A DNA stretch of 64,000 nucleotides, taken from the NCBI GenBank assembly GCA_048938895.1, contig JBHLLU010000001.1, positions 1 to 64,000 on the forward strand. The letters run 5' to 3'. How positions within the stretch are numbered: position 1 is the stretch's first letter; each line of letters starts with the position of its first letter. This stretch comes from Promethearchaeota archaeon (GTDB taxonomy: Archaea > Asgardarchaeota > Lokiarchaeia > Sigyniarchaeales > SOKP01). A model generated the notes under the pieces. It ran no database searches, was not told where the DNA came from, and saw nothing but the letters and a program-made list of their open reading frames with translations. This document shows, one piece after another, positions 28,577 to 38,428 of this stretch. Position numbers and translations under genes: made by a program.

Positions 28577-29767
28577 ATGATAGAATTTACTGAAGAGCAG
28601 GAATTAATCCGAGAAAGTGTAAAAGAATTCGCTCAGAAAAAAATCGCACCAATCGCTCTCGATATGGAGAAAAACAAGGAGATCCCAAAGGATGTTATTA
28701 AAGGGATGGCAGAGTTGGGATTACTTACATGTACAGCTGATCCTGAGTATGGAGGATCTGGGTTGAATGCTGTTACTGCAGGAGTCATAGCTGAAGAATT
28801 AGCTAAAGGAGATTGTACGGGCTCTACTTGCGTGTTTTATCTTGTACAAGCAGCCTGGGGATTCTTATTAAATAAGTATGGAACTGAAGAAGCGAAAAAA
28901 GAGATATTTCCAAAAACATGTGCAGGAGATTGGTTTTTAGGAATTGCTACTACTGAAAGTAGTGGTGGAACTGATGTAATTGGAGGTAAAACCTCAATCA
29001 AGAAAGATGGAGATTCATTTATTGTTAATGGAGAAAAAATGTATATAAGTGGTGTTCGGGAAGCTGCAAATAATGGCGGAGGTCATATTACTATTGCTCA
29101 TCAGTCTACTGATTTAGGTTCGAGGGGGATGACAGTATTTTACTTACCTTTAACAGCAGAGGGGATTACACCTACTTATATTGATGACTTAGGCAGAGAG
29201 GGAATTTCTTGTGGAGGATTTTCGATTGACAATGTAAAAATTCCAAAACATTATATACTTGGGGAGGAAAATAGAGGATTCTATATTATTCATGAAGGCT
29301 ATGAATATGCTAGAGCTTTAATTGCTGTTATTTGTGCAGCCGCAGGTTTAAAATCGCTCGAAAATGGTATGAATTATGTTAAAGAAAGAAAAGTATTTGG
29401 AACACCCTTAGGAAAGTTCCAAGAGATTAATTTCAGGTTAGCTGAACATTATACAAAACTGGAAATGCTAAAACGATTAGGTTATGAAGCACTGAGAGCA
29501 ATAGATTTAGAACAAGAAGGAAAAGGAAACCGATTCGAAACAAGTAAAATTGTAGCTATGTCCAAAATGTTTGCTTCTGATTGGGCTTGTGATGCTATTA
29601 ATGATGTAATTCAATGGCAAGGGGCTTTTGGATATTCTCGAGAATGCCCAGATCAAGCGGCATGGAGAGCAGTAAGATCCTTTTCATTAGCAGAAGGCAC
29701 TCGCGAAGTTATGAAAATGATAGTAGCAAGAGAGCTTCTTGGGAAGGAGTTAACGTCTTATAAGTAA
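28577..29767 (+). CDS. Acyl-CoA dehydrogenase
   Basis: TESSGGTD, NGEKMYI, FGTPLGKFQ, GAFGY, EGTREV. Confidence 0.95.
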   Translation: MIEFTEEQELIRESVKEFAQKKIAPIALDMEKNKEIPKDVIKGMAELGLLTCTADPEYGGSGLNAVTAGVIAEELAKGDCTGSTCVFYLVQAAWGFLLNKYGTEEAKKEIFPKTCAGDWFLGIATTESSGGTDVIGGKTSIKKDGDSFIVNGEKMYISGVREAANNGGGHITIAHQSTDLGSRGMTVFYLPLTAEGITPTYIDDLGREGISCGGFSIDNVKIPKHYILGEENRGFYIIHEGYEYARALIAVICAAAGLKSLENGMNYVKERKVFGTPLGKFQEINFRLAEHYTKLEMLKRLGYEALRAIDLEQEGKGNRFETSKIVAMSKMFASDWACDAINDVIQWQGAFGYSRECPDQAAWRAVRSFSLAEGTREVMKMIVARELLGKELTSYK

Positions 29768-29860
29768 TATCCAATAACTTTTTTTTATATTTTTAATATC
29801 TTTTATATTAATTCGTTTTAGTTTTAATTAGAAACTTAATTTTAACGGTTGTTCACAATC

Positions 29861-30649
29861 ATGAACAAAATTATTGTATGTGTTAAGCAGGTTCCTGATA
29901 CTAATGATCTCAAAATTGATCTAACTACAAATAGAGTTTTGAAGGAGGGGGTTTCAACAATAATAAATCCCTTTGATCAATTCGCTTTAGAGGAAGCTAT
30001 TAAAATAAGAAAGAAGGGTGAAGAGATCATTGCTCTTTCTATAGGAAAACCTGAAACAAAAAGCACACTAATGAGATGCTTAGCTTTGGGTGCGGATAAA
30101 GGAATATTATTGAACGATGAGGAATTTGATGATTCTGATGTCTATGCTACCTCTAACATCCTTGCTGCTGCTATAAAAAAGATCAATGCTTATAAAATGA
30201 TTTTTTGTGGGAATTCCTCTTTTGACACGAGTCTAGGGCAAGTTGGACCCGAATTAGCTGCTCTATTAGATATTCCTCAAGTAACATATGTTGAAAATGT
30301 TGAAAAAATAGAGAATGAGAAACTTATTGTAAAAGCTCAAACAGATGATGGTTATAATATAATTGAATCCACATTCCCTTTAGTAGTTACTTGCATCCCT
30401 CCTTCCTCGTTCCAACCTTCCATACCACCCTTACCAAAAATTTTAGCTGCCAATAAAAAACCTTTTGAAATTTGGAATGCAGAAATTATAGGCGGTGACG
30501 TAAATAAATTCGGATCTAACGGATCCCTTATTAAAATTGTAAAACTCTATGAGCCCCCAAAAAGAGAACAAGGAATTATTATAACTGAAGAACCAGAAGT
30601 AGCCGTTGAAAAATTAATGGGTTTGTTATCAAAAGATAAGGTGATTTAA
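29861..30649 (+). CDS. etfB: Electron transfer flavoprotein subunit beta
   Basis: IIVCVKQVPD, INPFD, ALGAD, GQVGP; ATG at 29861. Confidence 0.95.
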   Translation: MNKIIVCVKQVPDTNDLKIDLTTNRVLKEGVSTIINPFDQFALEEAIKIRKKGEEIIALSIGKPETKSTLMRCLALGADKGILLNDEEFDDSDVYATSNILAAAIKKINAYKMIFCGNSSFDTSLGQVGPELAALLDIPQVTYVENVEKIENEKLIVKAQTDDGYNIIESTFPLVVTCIPPSSFQPSIPPLPKILAANKKPFEIWNAEIIGGDVNKFGSNGSLIKIVKLYEPPKREQGIIITEEPEVAVEKLMGLLSKDKVI

Positions 30650-30651
30650 TC

Positions 30652-31653
30652 ATGGCAGAGAATAAAGATATTTGGGTTTTTATTGAGCTTAAGAAGGATG
30701 TTATTAGAGGCGTTTCTTTTGAATTACTAGGAAAAGCAAAGGAACTCGCAACAAAATCAAAGGAAAATGTATGTGCAGTTTTACTCGGAAATAATTTATC
30801 AAAAATCAAAGCAGATTTATGTTCCTATGGTATAGATAAGATATACTTAAGCGATAATGAGATTTTGGGAGAATATCTAACTGAAACATATTCCTTAATT
30901 CTTTTAGATCTGATTGAGCAATATCATCCTAACATCATTTTATTTCCTGCGACTAAAATTGGGAAGGATTTAGCTCCACGACTCGCGGCAAAATTAGAAA
31001 CTGGTTTATCAGCAGATTGTATAGATTTAGACATTCAGCAAGGAAATTTAATTCAAACACGCTCAGTATATGGCGGAAATTACCTAGTTGATTTAATTTG
31101 TCCTGAAACAAGACCTCAACTAGTAACAGTAAGGCCAAATGTTATGGATAAGGCTGAAATACAGGAGAAAAATCAACCTGAGATCATTAAGTTATCCGTT
31201 AATATAGATCCAAATCAACTTAAGACAAAAATAATCGAGAAAGTTGAGACAATGGTTACTGACGTAAAACCTATCGATGAAGCTGATATAATTGTCTCTG
31301 GTGGCAGAGGCATTGGAAGTGAAGAGAATTTTCAAATCATTCATGAATTAGCTAAAGTGTTGAATGCTGCAGTAGGTGCTAGTAGGGCTGCTGTTGATGC
31401 CGGTTGGATTTCGCATTCCTGTCAAGTTGGGCAGAGTGGAACTGTAGTATGCCCGGATATATATATTGCCTGTGGTATATCAGGAACAACTCAACACTTA
31501 GTTGGGATGAAAAGTAGTAAAAAGATTATTGCCATTAATAAAGATCCTAATGCTCCTATATTTGATGTATGCGATTATGGTATAGTAGGTGATTTTAAGA
31601 TAATAGTACCGTTATTGAAACAAGCATTAGAAAAAAAATTATCTCAAATTTAA
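30652..31653 (+). CDS. etfA: Electron transfer flavoprotein subunit alpha
   Basis: SGGRG, GASRAAVDAGW, QVGQSG, GISG..QH, AINKD. Confidence 0.95.
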   Translation: MAENKDIWVFIELKKDVIRGVSFELLGKAKELATKSKENVCAVLLGNNLSKIKADLCSYGIDKIYLSDNEILGEYLTETYSLILLDLIEQYHPNIILFPATKIGKDLAPRLAAKLETGLSADCIDLDIQQGNLIQTRSVYGGNYLVDLICPETRPQLVTVRPNVMDKAEIQEKNQPEIIKLSVNIDPNQLKTKIIEKVETMVTDVKPIDEADIIVSGGRGIGSEENFQIIHELAKVLNAAVGASRAAVDAGWISHSCQVGQSGTVVCPDIYIACGISGTTQHLVGMKSSKKIIAINKDPNAPIFDVCDYGIVGDFKIIVPLLKQALEKKLSQI

Positions 31654-31780
31654 TTTTAACCTCTTAAGTATATCTTAAATTCAGATTTCATAAATATTGA
31701 AGATAGAATTATATTAATTTATCAGAATAATTGAAGCTTAAAGGCCTCTAAGAATGTTTATTAAATACCTATAATTCTTT

Positions 31781-33010
31781 ATGACTATGAATAAAGTGGC
31801 AATTATTGGAGTAGGGCATACTAAATTCGGTAGATTAGAAAATACTGGACTTATGGACCTTTTATGTGAAGCTTCTTTAAAGGCAATTGAAGATGCTAAC
31901 TCCAGCAATAGAGACTTTGATTCGGTTTATGTGGGTGTAATGAGTCCAGAGATTCTCAATAATATATCTGGAGTTGCAAGTGCTCTGGTAGACAAGATAA
32001 GTTTAATTCCTGCTACGGCAGATGATATTAAAAATGGACCTGCGAGTGGAGGTTCAGCTATAAAAGCTGGTTTTCAAGCAATTGCATCTGGGTTGAGTGA
32101 AATTGTCTTAGTAGTTGGCGGTGAAAAAATGACTCATATCACTACTCCTGGTTATATTACTTCTAACATTGCTACTTTAACTCATCCAGAAGCAGAAAGA
32201 CCCCATGGTGTTTCACTTCCTTCTTTTGCAGGATTATTAACGCGAGCCTATCTTGAAAAATATAATGCAAAGATAGATTGGATTTCTGATATTGCTATTA
32301 AAAATCATAAAAATGGAGCATTAAATCCAAACGCTCACTTTCAACGAACAATCGAAGAAATCATGAAAAGCGCTATTCAAAAAGGTAGAGGAAATTGGAA
32401 CAGCATTTATGATTTTCTTGAAGATGATAAAGTGAATCCAATTATTGCAGACCCTTTAAGACTTTTTCACATATGTCCAATTTCAGATGGCGCTGCAGCC
32501 TTGGTTCTTTGTAATGCTGAAAAAGCACGAGAGTTTTGTGATACTCCAATTCAAATTTCGGGTATTGGACAGGCAACAGATACTCATATAGTTTTTGAAC
32601 GTGAAGACCTCACAACACTAAAAGCATTAAGAATATGCTCTGATCAAGCATATAAAATGGCAAAAAAAACTCCTGATAATATAGATGTAGCAGAATTACA
32701 TGATGCTTTCGAAATTCTTGAGGCAGTTCAATCAGAAGATATTGGCTTTTTTAAAAAAGGAGAAGGAGCTAAAGCAGCTCATGAAGGGCAAACTGAAATC
32801 GGAGGAAAAATACCTATAAATCCCTCTGGGGGATTGAAGGCAAGAGGACATCCTCTTGGAGCTACAGGGGTTGCACAGGTGGTTGAGCTGGTTTGGCAAT
32901 TACGAGGGGAAGCAGGAAAAAGGCAAGTTAATGGAGCTAATACAGGAATTACCTGTAATTTTGGAGGATTTGGCAATAATATTATTTCAATTTTAGTGGA
33001 ACAAATGTAG
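31781..33010 (+). CDS. SCP-x/archaeal-type thiolase-family protein lacking the N-terminal catalytic Cys
   Basis: GGEKM, ELHDAF, NPSGGLKARGHPLGATG; NGPASG replaces the usual NACASG. Confidence 0.88.
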   Translation: MTMNKVAIIGVGHTKFGRLENTGLMDLLCEASLKAIEDANSSNRDFDSVYVGVMSPEILNNISGVASALVDKISLIPATADDIKNGPASGGSAIKAGFQAIASGLSEIVLVVGGEKMTHITTPGYITSNIATLTHPEAERPHGVSLPSFAGLLTRAYLEKYNAKIDWISDIAIKNHKNGALNPNAHFQRTIEEIMKSAIQKGRGNWNSIYDFLEDDKVNPIIADPLRLFHICPISDGAAALVLCNAEKAREFCDTPIQISGIGQATDTHIVFEREDLTTLKALRICSDQAYKMAKKTPDNIDVAELHDAFEILEAVQSEDIGFFKKGEGAKAAHEGQTEIGGKIPINPSGGLKARGHPLGATGVAQVVELVWQLRGEAGKRQVNGANTGITCNFGGFGNNIISILVEQM

Positions 33011-33137
33011 TGGAAGATATCAATTTAATTATCAAATTAAAGCTATATTCTAGAATAGAAATCACTTTTTCTAATATTTCATATTTCTAAATCAATTCAC
33101 GAAAAATTCAAATAAAGTTAGCCTTTTTATCTGTATT

Positions 33138-34928
33138 ATGGATGAAGATCTCATTAAGTGGGATTTAAGCGATTTATATAAAGATATTAATGATCCTCAA
33201 ATTGATAGAGATAGTGAAGCTATAAATAATGCTACTGAAGAATTTAATAGAAACGTAAAAGGTAAGTTAAAAAATCCCTCACTTACTTCAAAGCAATTAT
33301 TAAGCTGGTACAAAGAATATGAAAATATCTCTGAGCAGCTATTTAATTTAAATCTATATTCACGTCTAATATATTCAATAAATACATTGGATGATAATAT
33401 TAAATCATTTCGGGCAAAGATCGAGGATTTTGAGGTCAAAATTCGAGAAAAATTATTATTTTTCAATTTAGAATTAAATTTCATTTCAGATGAAAAATTT
33501 AGTGAATTAATGGATGATAAGGAATTAATTAATTATCAGCATGCCCTAAAATTTAATCGACTGAAAAAGCAGCATCAACTTTCAGAAAAAGAAGAGCAAA
33601 TAATATTAATGAAAGATATTACAGGTGCTAGTGGATTTGTTAAGCTTTATAATGAATTGAAAAGCAGTTTCATTTTCGATTTTGAAGTAGACGGGAAGAT
33701 AGAAAAGTTAACAGAAGCAGAATTATTCTCTTTCATGTTTCAGAAGAATAAGGACCTTCGATATAAAGCTTTAAGTCAAATTGTATCTGAATATGAGAAA
33801 AATGAACTAGTTTTTACTCATGTCTTCAATAACACCTTGAAAAGTTGGGATTTAGAATGTAAAAAAAGGAATTATAAATCTCCAGTATCAAGAAGAAACC
33901 TTGAAAATGAAGTAAGTGATAAAAGTGTAGAAATTTTAGGAGAAGTCACCACTAAAAGTTACCATATTGTTGAGAAATACTATAATTTGAAGAAAAGAAT
34001 ACTAAATCTTCCCAAACTGCATATGTCAGACATTTATGTCCCTATAGGTGAAATAACAAAAGAATACTCATATAATGATGCAATTGAACTTATAAAGACA
34101 GCTGATCAGAAATTCTATCCCGAATTTAAGAAAATTATAGAGAAAATGGTTTCGTCTGACCATATAGATGCTACACCCCGAAGAGGTAAAAATAGGGGTG
34201 CGTTTTGTGCTAATGGGAAATTGAAGCACTACCCCTTTGTTTTTGTAAATTTTACTGGTAATGTCGATTCACTAAGGGCATTATCCCATGAACTCGGGCA
34301 CGCATTTCATGCTTATTATAACTTAAAATCGCAGAATTTCATAAACATAGGAATTTCATTGGTTGTGGCTGAAATTGCTTCTGTATTTAATGAAATATTA
34401 GTATTTGACTATTTGATGAGTATGGATCTAACTAAAGAGGAGAAAATTTCCTTATTGTGTAATTTTATCGAATCAAAATTTAGTACTTCCCATAGACAAA
34501 ATGCTTTTTATAGATTTGAGAGAGAAATTCATAGCCTAATAGAGAACAAATTACCCTCAACTGAAGAAATTAGGATCGCATTCGCAAAAGAAATGGAGCT
34601 AATGTTTGGCAATTCAATTAGTAACATTAGAGAAGAATACGCAAGTTATTGTTTTGTTGTTCCCCATTTTCTAGAAGTACCTTTTTATGTTTACGCCTAC
34701 AACATGTCTAATCTTTTAGTGATCTCAATTTATCAGCTATACATTGAGCAAAAAGAGGAATTTATCCCAAAATTTATCAAACTACTTTCTATTGGAGGAT
34801 CAATGACTCCGGAAGAAATGTTAACCGAGATTGGAATTGATCTAAGGGATTCTTCATTTTGGCAAAAAGGAATCAATTTCCTATCTGGTAAAATAGATGA
34901 GTTAGAGCAATTAGTAAAGGAAAATTAA
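33138..34928 (+). CDS. pepF: M3B oligoendopeptidase F
   Basis: WDLSDLY, GKNRGAFC, HELGHAFH, AEIASVFNE, PFYVYAY. Confidence 0.93.
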   Translation: MDEDLIKWDLSDLYKDINDPQIDRDSEAINNATEEFNRNVKGKLKNPSLTSKQLLSWYKEYENISEQLFNLNLYSRLIYSINTLDDNIKSFRAKIEDFEVKIREKLLFFNLELNFISDEKFSELMDDKELINYQHALKFNRLKKQHQLSEKEEQIILMKDITGASGFVKLYNELKSSFIFDFEVDGKIEKLTEAELFSFMFQKNKDLRYKALSQIVSEYEKNELVFTHVFNNTLKSWDLECKKRNYKSPVSRRNLENEVSDKSVEILGEVTTKSYHIVEKYYNLKKRILNLPKLHMSDIYVPIGEITKEYSYNDAIELIKTADQKFYPEFKKIIEKMVSSDHIDATPRRGKNRGAFCANGKLKHYPFVFVNFTGNVDSLRALSHELGHAFHAYYNLKSQNFINIGISLVVAEIASVFNEILVFDYLMSMDLTKEEKISLLCNFIESKFSTSHRQNAFYRFEREIHSLIENKLPSTEEIRIAFAKEMELMFGNSISNIREEYASYCFVVPHFLEVPFYVYAYNMSNLLVISIYQLYIEQKEEFIPKFIKLLSIGGSMTPEEMLTEIGIDLRDSSFWQKGINFLSGKIDELEQLVKEN

Positions 34929-34935
34929 GTCAATA

Positions 34936-35601
34936 TTAATTGATCACTTTAAATTGAAGTTCTGTGCCATCTTTATCAAAACATTTAATATTATTTAACC
35001 TATATGGAAATCCTATGATAAAGTGAAATCTTAATCCTTTAAATATACTATTTAAATCTTGTAGTGAAGGGTGTAAAGTCCCAGAAGGATGTGAATGAAT
35101 AGTTCCTTGATAGTAGCGATTTGTAGGAAGTCTATTTATATAAAATACTCCTGAACTTCTTGATGTAACTGCACCTGGAGGCAATATAAATTCCGTGAAT
35201 ATATTTCTATCCATTTTTAGGATTCCTAAAAATTCTTTTGGATGATGTGCTCGGCATAAAGCTAAAATCCCTTCTAATAAGTCTCTTTTTATATAAACTA
35301 TGTTTGATTGTAGACTCTCTAAAATAAAAATAATTTCGTCAATAACTTTTATGATAGAATAAGTTTTTTCCAGTTTCCAATTGTTTAAAGATGAAACATC
35401 ATTCTTTAACTTTTTATAAACTTTTCCAGATTGATTAATTATCTTTAATTTTGGTCTTTTAGGATAATTAGAATAATCAATTTCTAAAATAATTCCCGTA
35501 ATTAATTCGATTTTAATATGAGTAATTTGGTTATTTACAATTACTGTATTTGGAAAATGTTCTACAATATTTTGATATTGTTTCTCAATTTCTTCACTCA
35601 T
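34936..35601 (-). CDS. UBC/RWD-like domain fused to JAB1/MPN+ (JAMM) metalloprotease
   Basis: IDYSNYPKRPKL (YPxxP of E2/RWD folds); HPKEFLG and HSHPSGTLHPSLQD (E...HxH-x10-D). Confidence 0.8.
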   Translation of the reverse strand: MSEEIEKQYQNIVEHFPNTVIVNNQITHIKIELITGIILEIDYSNYPKRPKLKIINQSGKVYKKLKNDVSSLNNWKLEKTYSIIKVIDEIIFILESLQSNIVYIKRDLLEGILALCRAHHPKEFLGILKMDRNIFTEFILPPGAVTSRSSGVFYINRLPTNRYYQGTIHSHPSGTLHPSLQDLNSIFKGLRFHFIIGFPYRLNNIKCFDKDGTELQFKVIN

Positions 35602-35678
35602 TATAAAGAAAAAAATTCGACTTTAAATGAATTTTTTCTTTTTAGAATACTTTTACGTTAAAAAAATATAAAAATAAA

Positions 35679-36440
35679 TTAAGTTCTTCTATGAATTATC
35701 GTTCTTATTCTTGTTACATCATCTATTGTTAAATTGCGTTTCATATTTTTTTGCTCAAATCGCATATACCCTTTATGATTAATTCCTTGGCATAGATATT
35801 TTTTTGAGTCATCAAGGATAACTTCTTTTCCAAAAATTTGAGAGTGTTCATTGTATTCTTGAATTAAGGTCTTTATCACCATTAAATTATTTTCTGTAAT
35901 TGGAGAATAATATTTATTTGCATAAAAGCATATTTTTTTAGCAAATTTATCAATAGAAACTGGCTTCTTTAGTACATCTTTTATAGATACTGACTTGGAA
36001 CTTAAGCCTTCTGGCATTTTTTTACTTGAATTATTTAAATTTACACCTATACCGATCAAAATATAATTTACTTGAGAGCTTACTATATAATCAATTAATA
36101 TTCCTGCGAGTTTTTTATTTTCATATAAGATATCATTTGGCCACTTAATTTGTGTTTTTAAATTATACTCATTTTCAATAACAAACCTTATTAATGTTGC
36201 AGTAAAAAAATGAAACAATGCTAATTGCGACTTACTCAAAGATGACGTTGATGCTCCAAGAGTAGCCCAAAAACCCCCTTCTGGAGAATACCAATCGTTC
36301 TGCTTTCTTCCACGACCCTTTGATTGTGTTTTTGCAATTAAAAGAAGAGATGAATAATAATCATATTTAAGGTAATCCATTATACTATCTTGGGTAGAAG
36401 TGGTTTGATTAATGTGGATGATCTTTATTTTTTGAAACAT
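35679..36440 (-). CDS. birA: Biotin--[acetyl-CoA carboxylase] ligase (no HTH)
   Basis: STQ, QSKGRGR...W.SP, IKWPND, KLAGIL, GIGVN. Confidence 0.95.
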   Translation of the reverse strand: MFQKIKIIHINQTTSTQDSIMDYLKYDYYSSLLLIAKTQSKGRGRKQNDWYSPEGGFWATLGASTSSLSKSQLALFHFFTATLIRFVIENEYNLKTQIKWPNDILYENKKLAGILIDYIVSSQVNYILIGIGVNLNNSSKKMPEGLSSKSVSIKDVLKKPVSIDKFAKKICFYANKYYSPITENNLMVIKTLIQEYNEHSQIFGKEVILDDSKKYLCQGINHKGYMRFEQKNMKRNLTIDDVTRIRTIIHRRT

Positions 36441-36836
36441 GGGTCAATGTTAAATCCTGCTTAAAAGAGAAATTAATGCAATAAATATGGCGATTAATAT
36501 AAATTGTTTCTATATTAAATTATCTGATTTTTTATCATACAAATTCCCATCTCAATATGAATGCACAGTATGAATATATATAAAATCTATCAACTTTCAA
36601 AATGAAACTTTTAGTGAAAGCTTGTTGAAATTTGAAAATAACGAAAAGATTTAATGATACCTTAATTATCTTCCCATAAAATATTTGATTATTGAATTAT
36701 TAAAAAATTGAAGAATTTTTAACAAAATATGGTTAAATCTGTAATACTATTAATAGTGTGTATTCAAGTATAAATTTTATAAATATACTTTTGATAAAAA
36801 TAATAACTTGTTTATTTAAATAAATATCAGATTATT

Positions 36837-38408
36837 ATGACATTGAAAGATGAGAAATCTAATGATAACTTTGAAATAGCAGAAAAGTTGCAAGAGCTTA
36901 GAAATGAGTCTAAGTTAGGGGGTGGAAAAGATAGAATTGATCTTCAACATAAAAAGGGCAAATTAACTGCCCGAGAAAGAATTGAATTGTTAATAGATTA
37001 CGGTTCGTTTAATGAAATTGACTCATTTGTTAAACATCAATCTAATAATTTTGATTTAGTAGATAAGAAATTTCTCGGGGATGGAGTAATTACCGGTTAT
37101 GGTACAATAGAAGGAAGAAAAGTTTTTATTTATAGTCAAGATTTTACTGTGTTAGGGGGAACCATAGGGAAAGCTCATGCTCAAAAAATATGTAAAGTTA
37201 TGAAATTTGCTCTAAAAATGGGTTGCCCAATTATCGGTTTAATAGATTCGGGAGGAGCACGTATACAAGAAGGAGTAAATGCTTTAGATGGATTAGCAGA
37301 AATTTTTTATCAAAATGTTAGAGCATCTGGGGTCATTCCTCAGATTTCTGTTATATTAGGCATTTCTGCTGGGGGAGCTGCTTATAGCCCCGCATTAACA
37401 GATTTTATAATTATGGGTGGAAAGAATACTTCTATGTTTATTACAGGACCCGAAGTGATAAACTCGGTAACTGGTGAAAATGTCACTTTTTCAGAATTAG
37501 GAGGTTCTAAAATTCATTCGTCTGTCTCTGGTGTGTGTCATAAGGCTCTAGACACTGAAGAGGAAGCAATAGAATTCACAAAAAAATTATTATCATATTT
37601 ACCCTCAAATAATTTAGATGATGTCCCTCATTGTTTAGAAGAAATTCAAGTAGATGATGCCTATTTATTGGATCGATTGGTGCCAGAGGATGAAAATGAA
37701 CCTTATGATATGAAAAAGGTAATAGATGTAATAGTAGATCAAAATTCTTTTTTAGAACTATATCCTGAGTGGGCAAAGAATATTGTAATTGGGTTTGGGA
37801 GAATAGAGAATCAAACTGTGGGTCTAATAGCAAATCAGCCTATGTTCCTTAGTGGTGCTCTAGACTACAATGCCTCAGATAAGGCTACAAGATTTATTAG
37901 GTTTTGTGATGCATTTAACATACCTCTCCTTACATTAGTAGATGTTCCGGGTTTTTTGCCAGGAGTGAAACAAGAATATTCTGGAATTATTAGGCATGGA
38001 GCTAAAATGCTTTTTGCATATTCGGAAGCAACGGTATTAAAAATCACTGTCATTATACGAAAGGCATATGGTGGAGCTTATATTGTGATGAGTTCAAAAC
38101 AATTAGGATCTGATGTTAATATAGCCTGGAAATCAGCTCAAATTGCTGTAATGGGTGCTGAGGGTGCGTGTAAGATTTTATTTCGTAATCATTTGAATGA
38201 AGTTGAAGATCCCGATATTCTATTAAAAGATTTTAGTGAGAAATATAAGAGAGAATTTTCAAATCCTTTCCGAGTCGCAGAAAGAGGACAAGTGGATAAG
38301 GTTATCTTTCCACATGAAACTCGAAATGAAATTATTAAAAGTCTGAAATTTTTTGAATCAAAACGGAAACTGCCTCCTCGAAGAAAACATGGGATTTCTC
38401 CAGTTTAA
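36837..38408 (+). CDS. Acyl-CoA carboxylase carboxyltransferase subunit (AccD/PccB-like)
   Basis: KGKLTARERI, QDFTVLGG, DSGGARIQEG, DVPGFLPG, RKAYGGAY. Confidence 0.95.
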   Translation: MTLKDEKSNDNFEIAEKLQELRNESKLGGGKDRIDLQHKKGKLTARERIELLIDYGSFNEIDSFVKHQSNNFDLVDKKFLGDGVITGYGTIEGRKVFIYSQDFTVLGGTIGKAHAQKICKVMKFALKMGCPIIGLIDSGGARIQEGVNALDGLAEIFYQNVRASGVIPQISVILGISAGGAAYSPALTDFIIMGGKNTSMFITGPEVINSVTGENVTFSELGGSKIHSSVSGVCHKALDTEEEAIEFTKKLLSYLPSNNLDDVPHCLEEIQVDDAYLLDRLVPEDENEPYDMKKVIDVIVDQNSFLELYPEWAKNIVIGFGRIENQTVGLIANQPMFLSGALDYNASDKATRFIRFCDAFNIPLLTLVDVPGFLPGVKQEYSGIIRHGAKMLFAYSEATVLKITVIIRKAYGGAYIVMSSKQLGSDVNIAWKSAQIAVMGAEGACKILFRNHLNEVEDPDILLKDFSEKYKREFSNPFRVAERGQVDKVIFPHETRNEIIKSLKFFESKRKLPPRRKHGISPV

Positions 38409-38428
38409 ATTACAAACAGTCGATACAT

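Noticed and set aside
36441-36836. Possible BirA operator in the birA/carboxyltransferase divergent spacer
   Set aside because: This BirA has no N-terminal HTH, and the inverted repeats present are low-complexity AT-rich matches.
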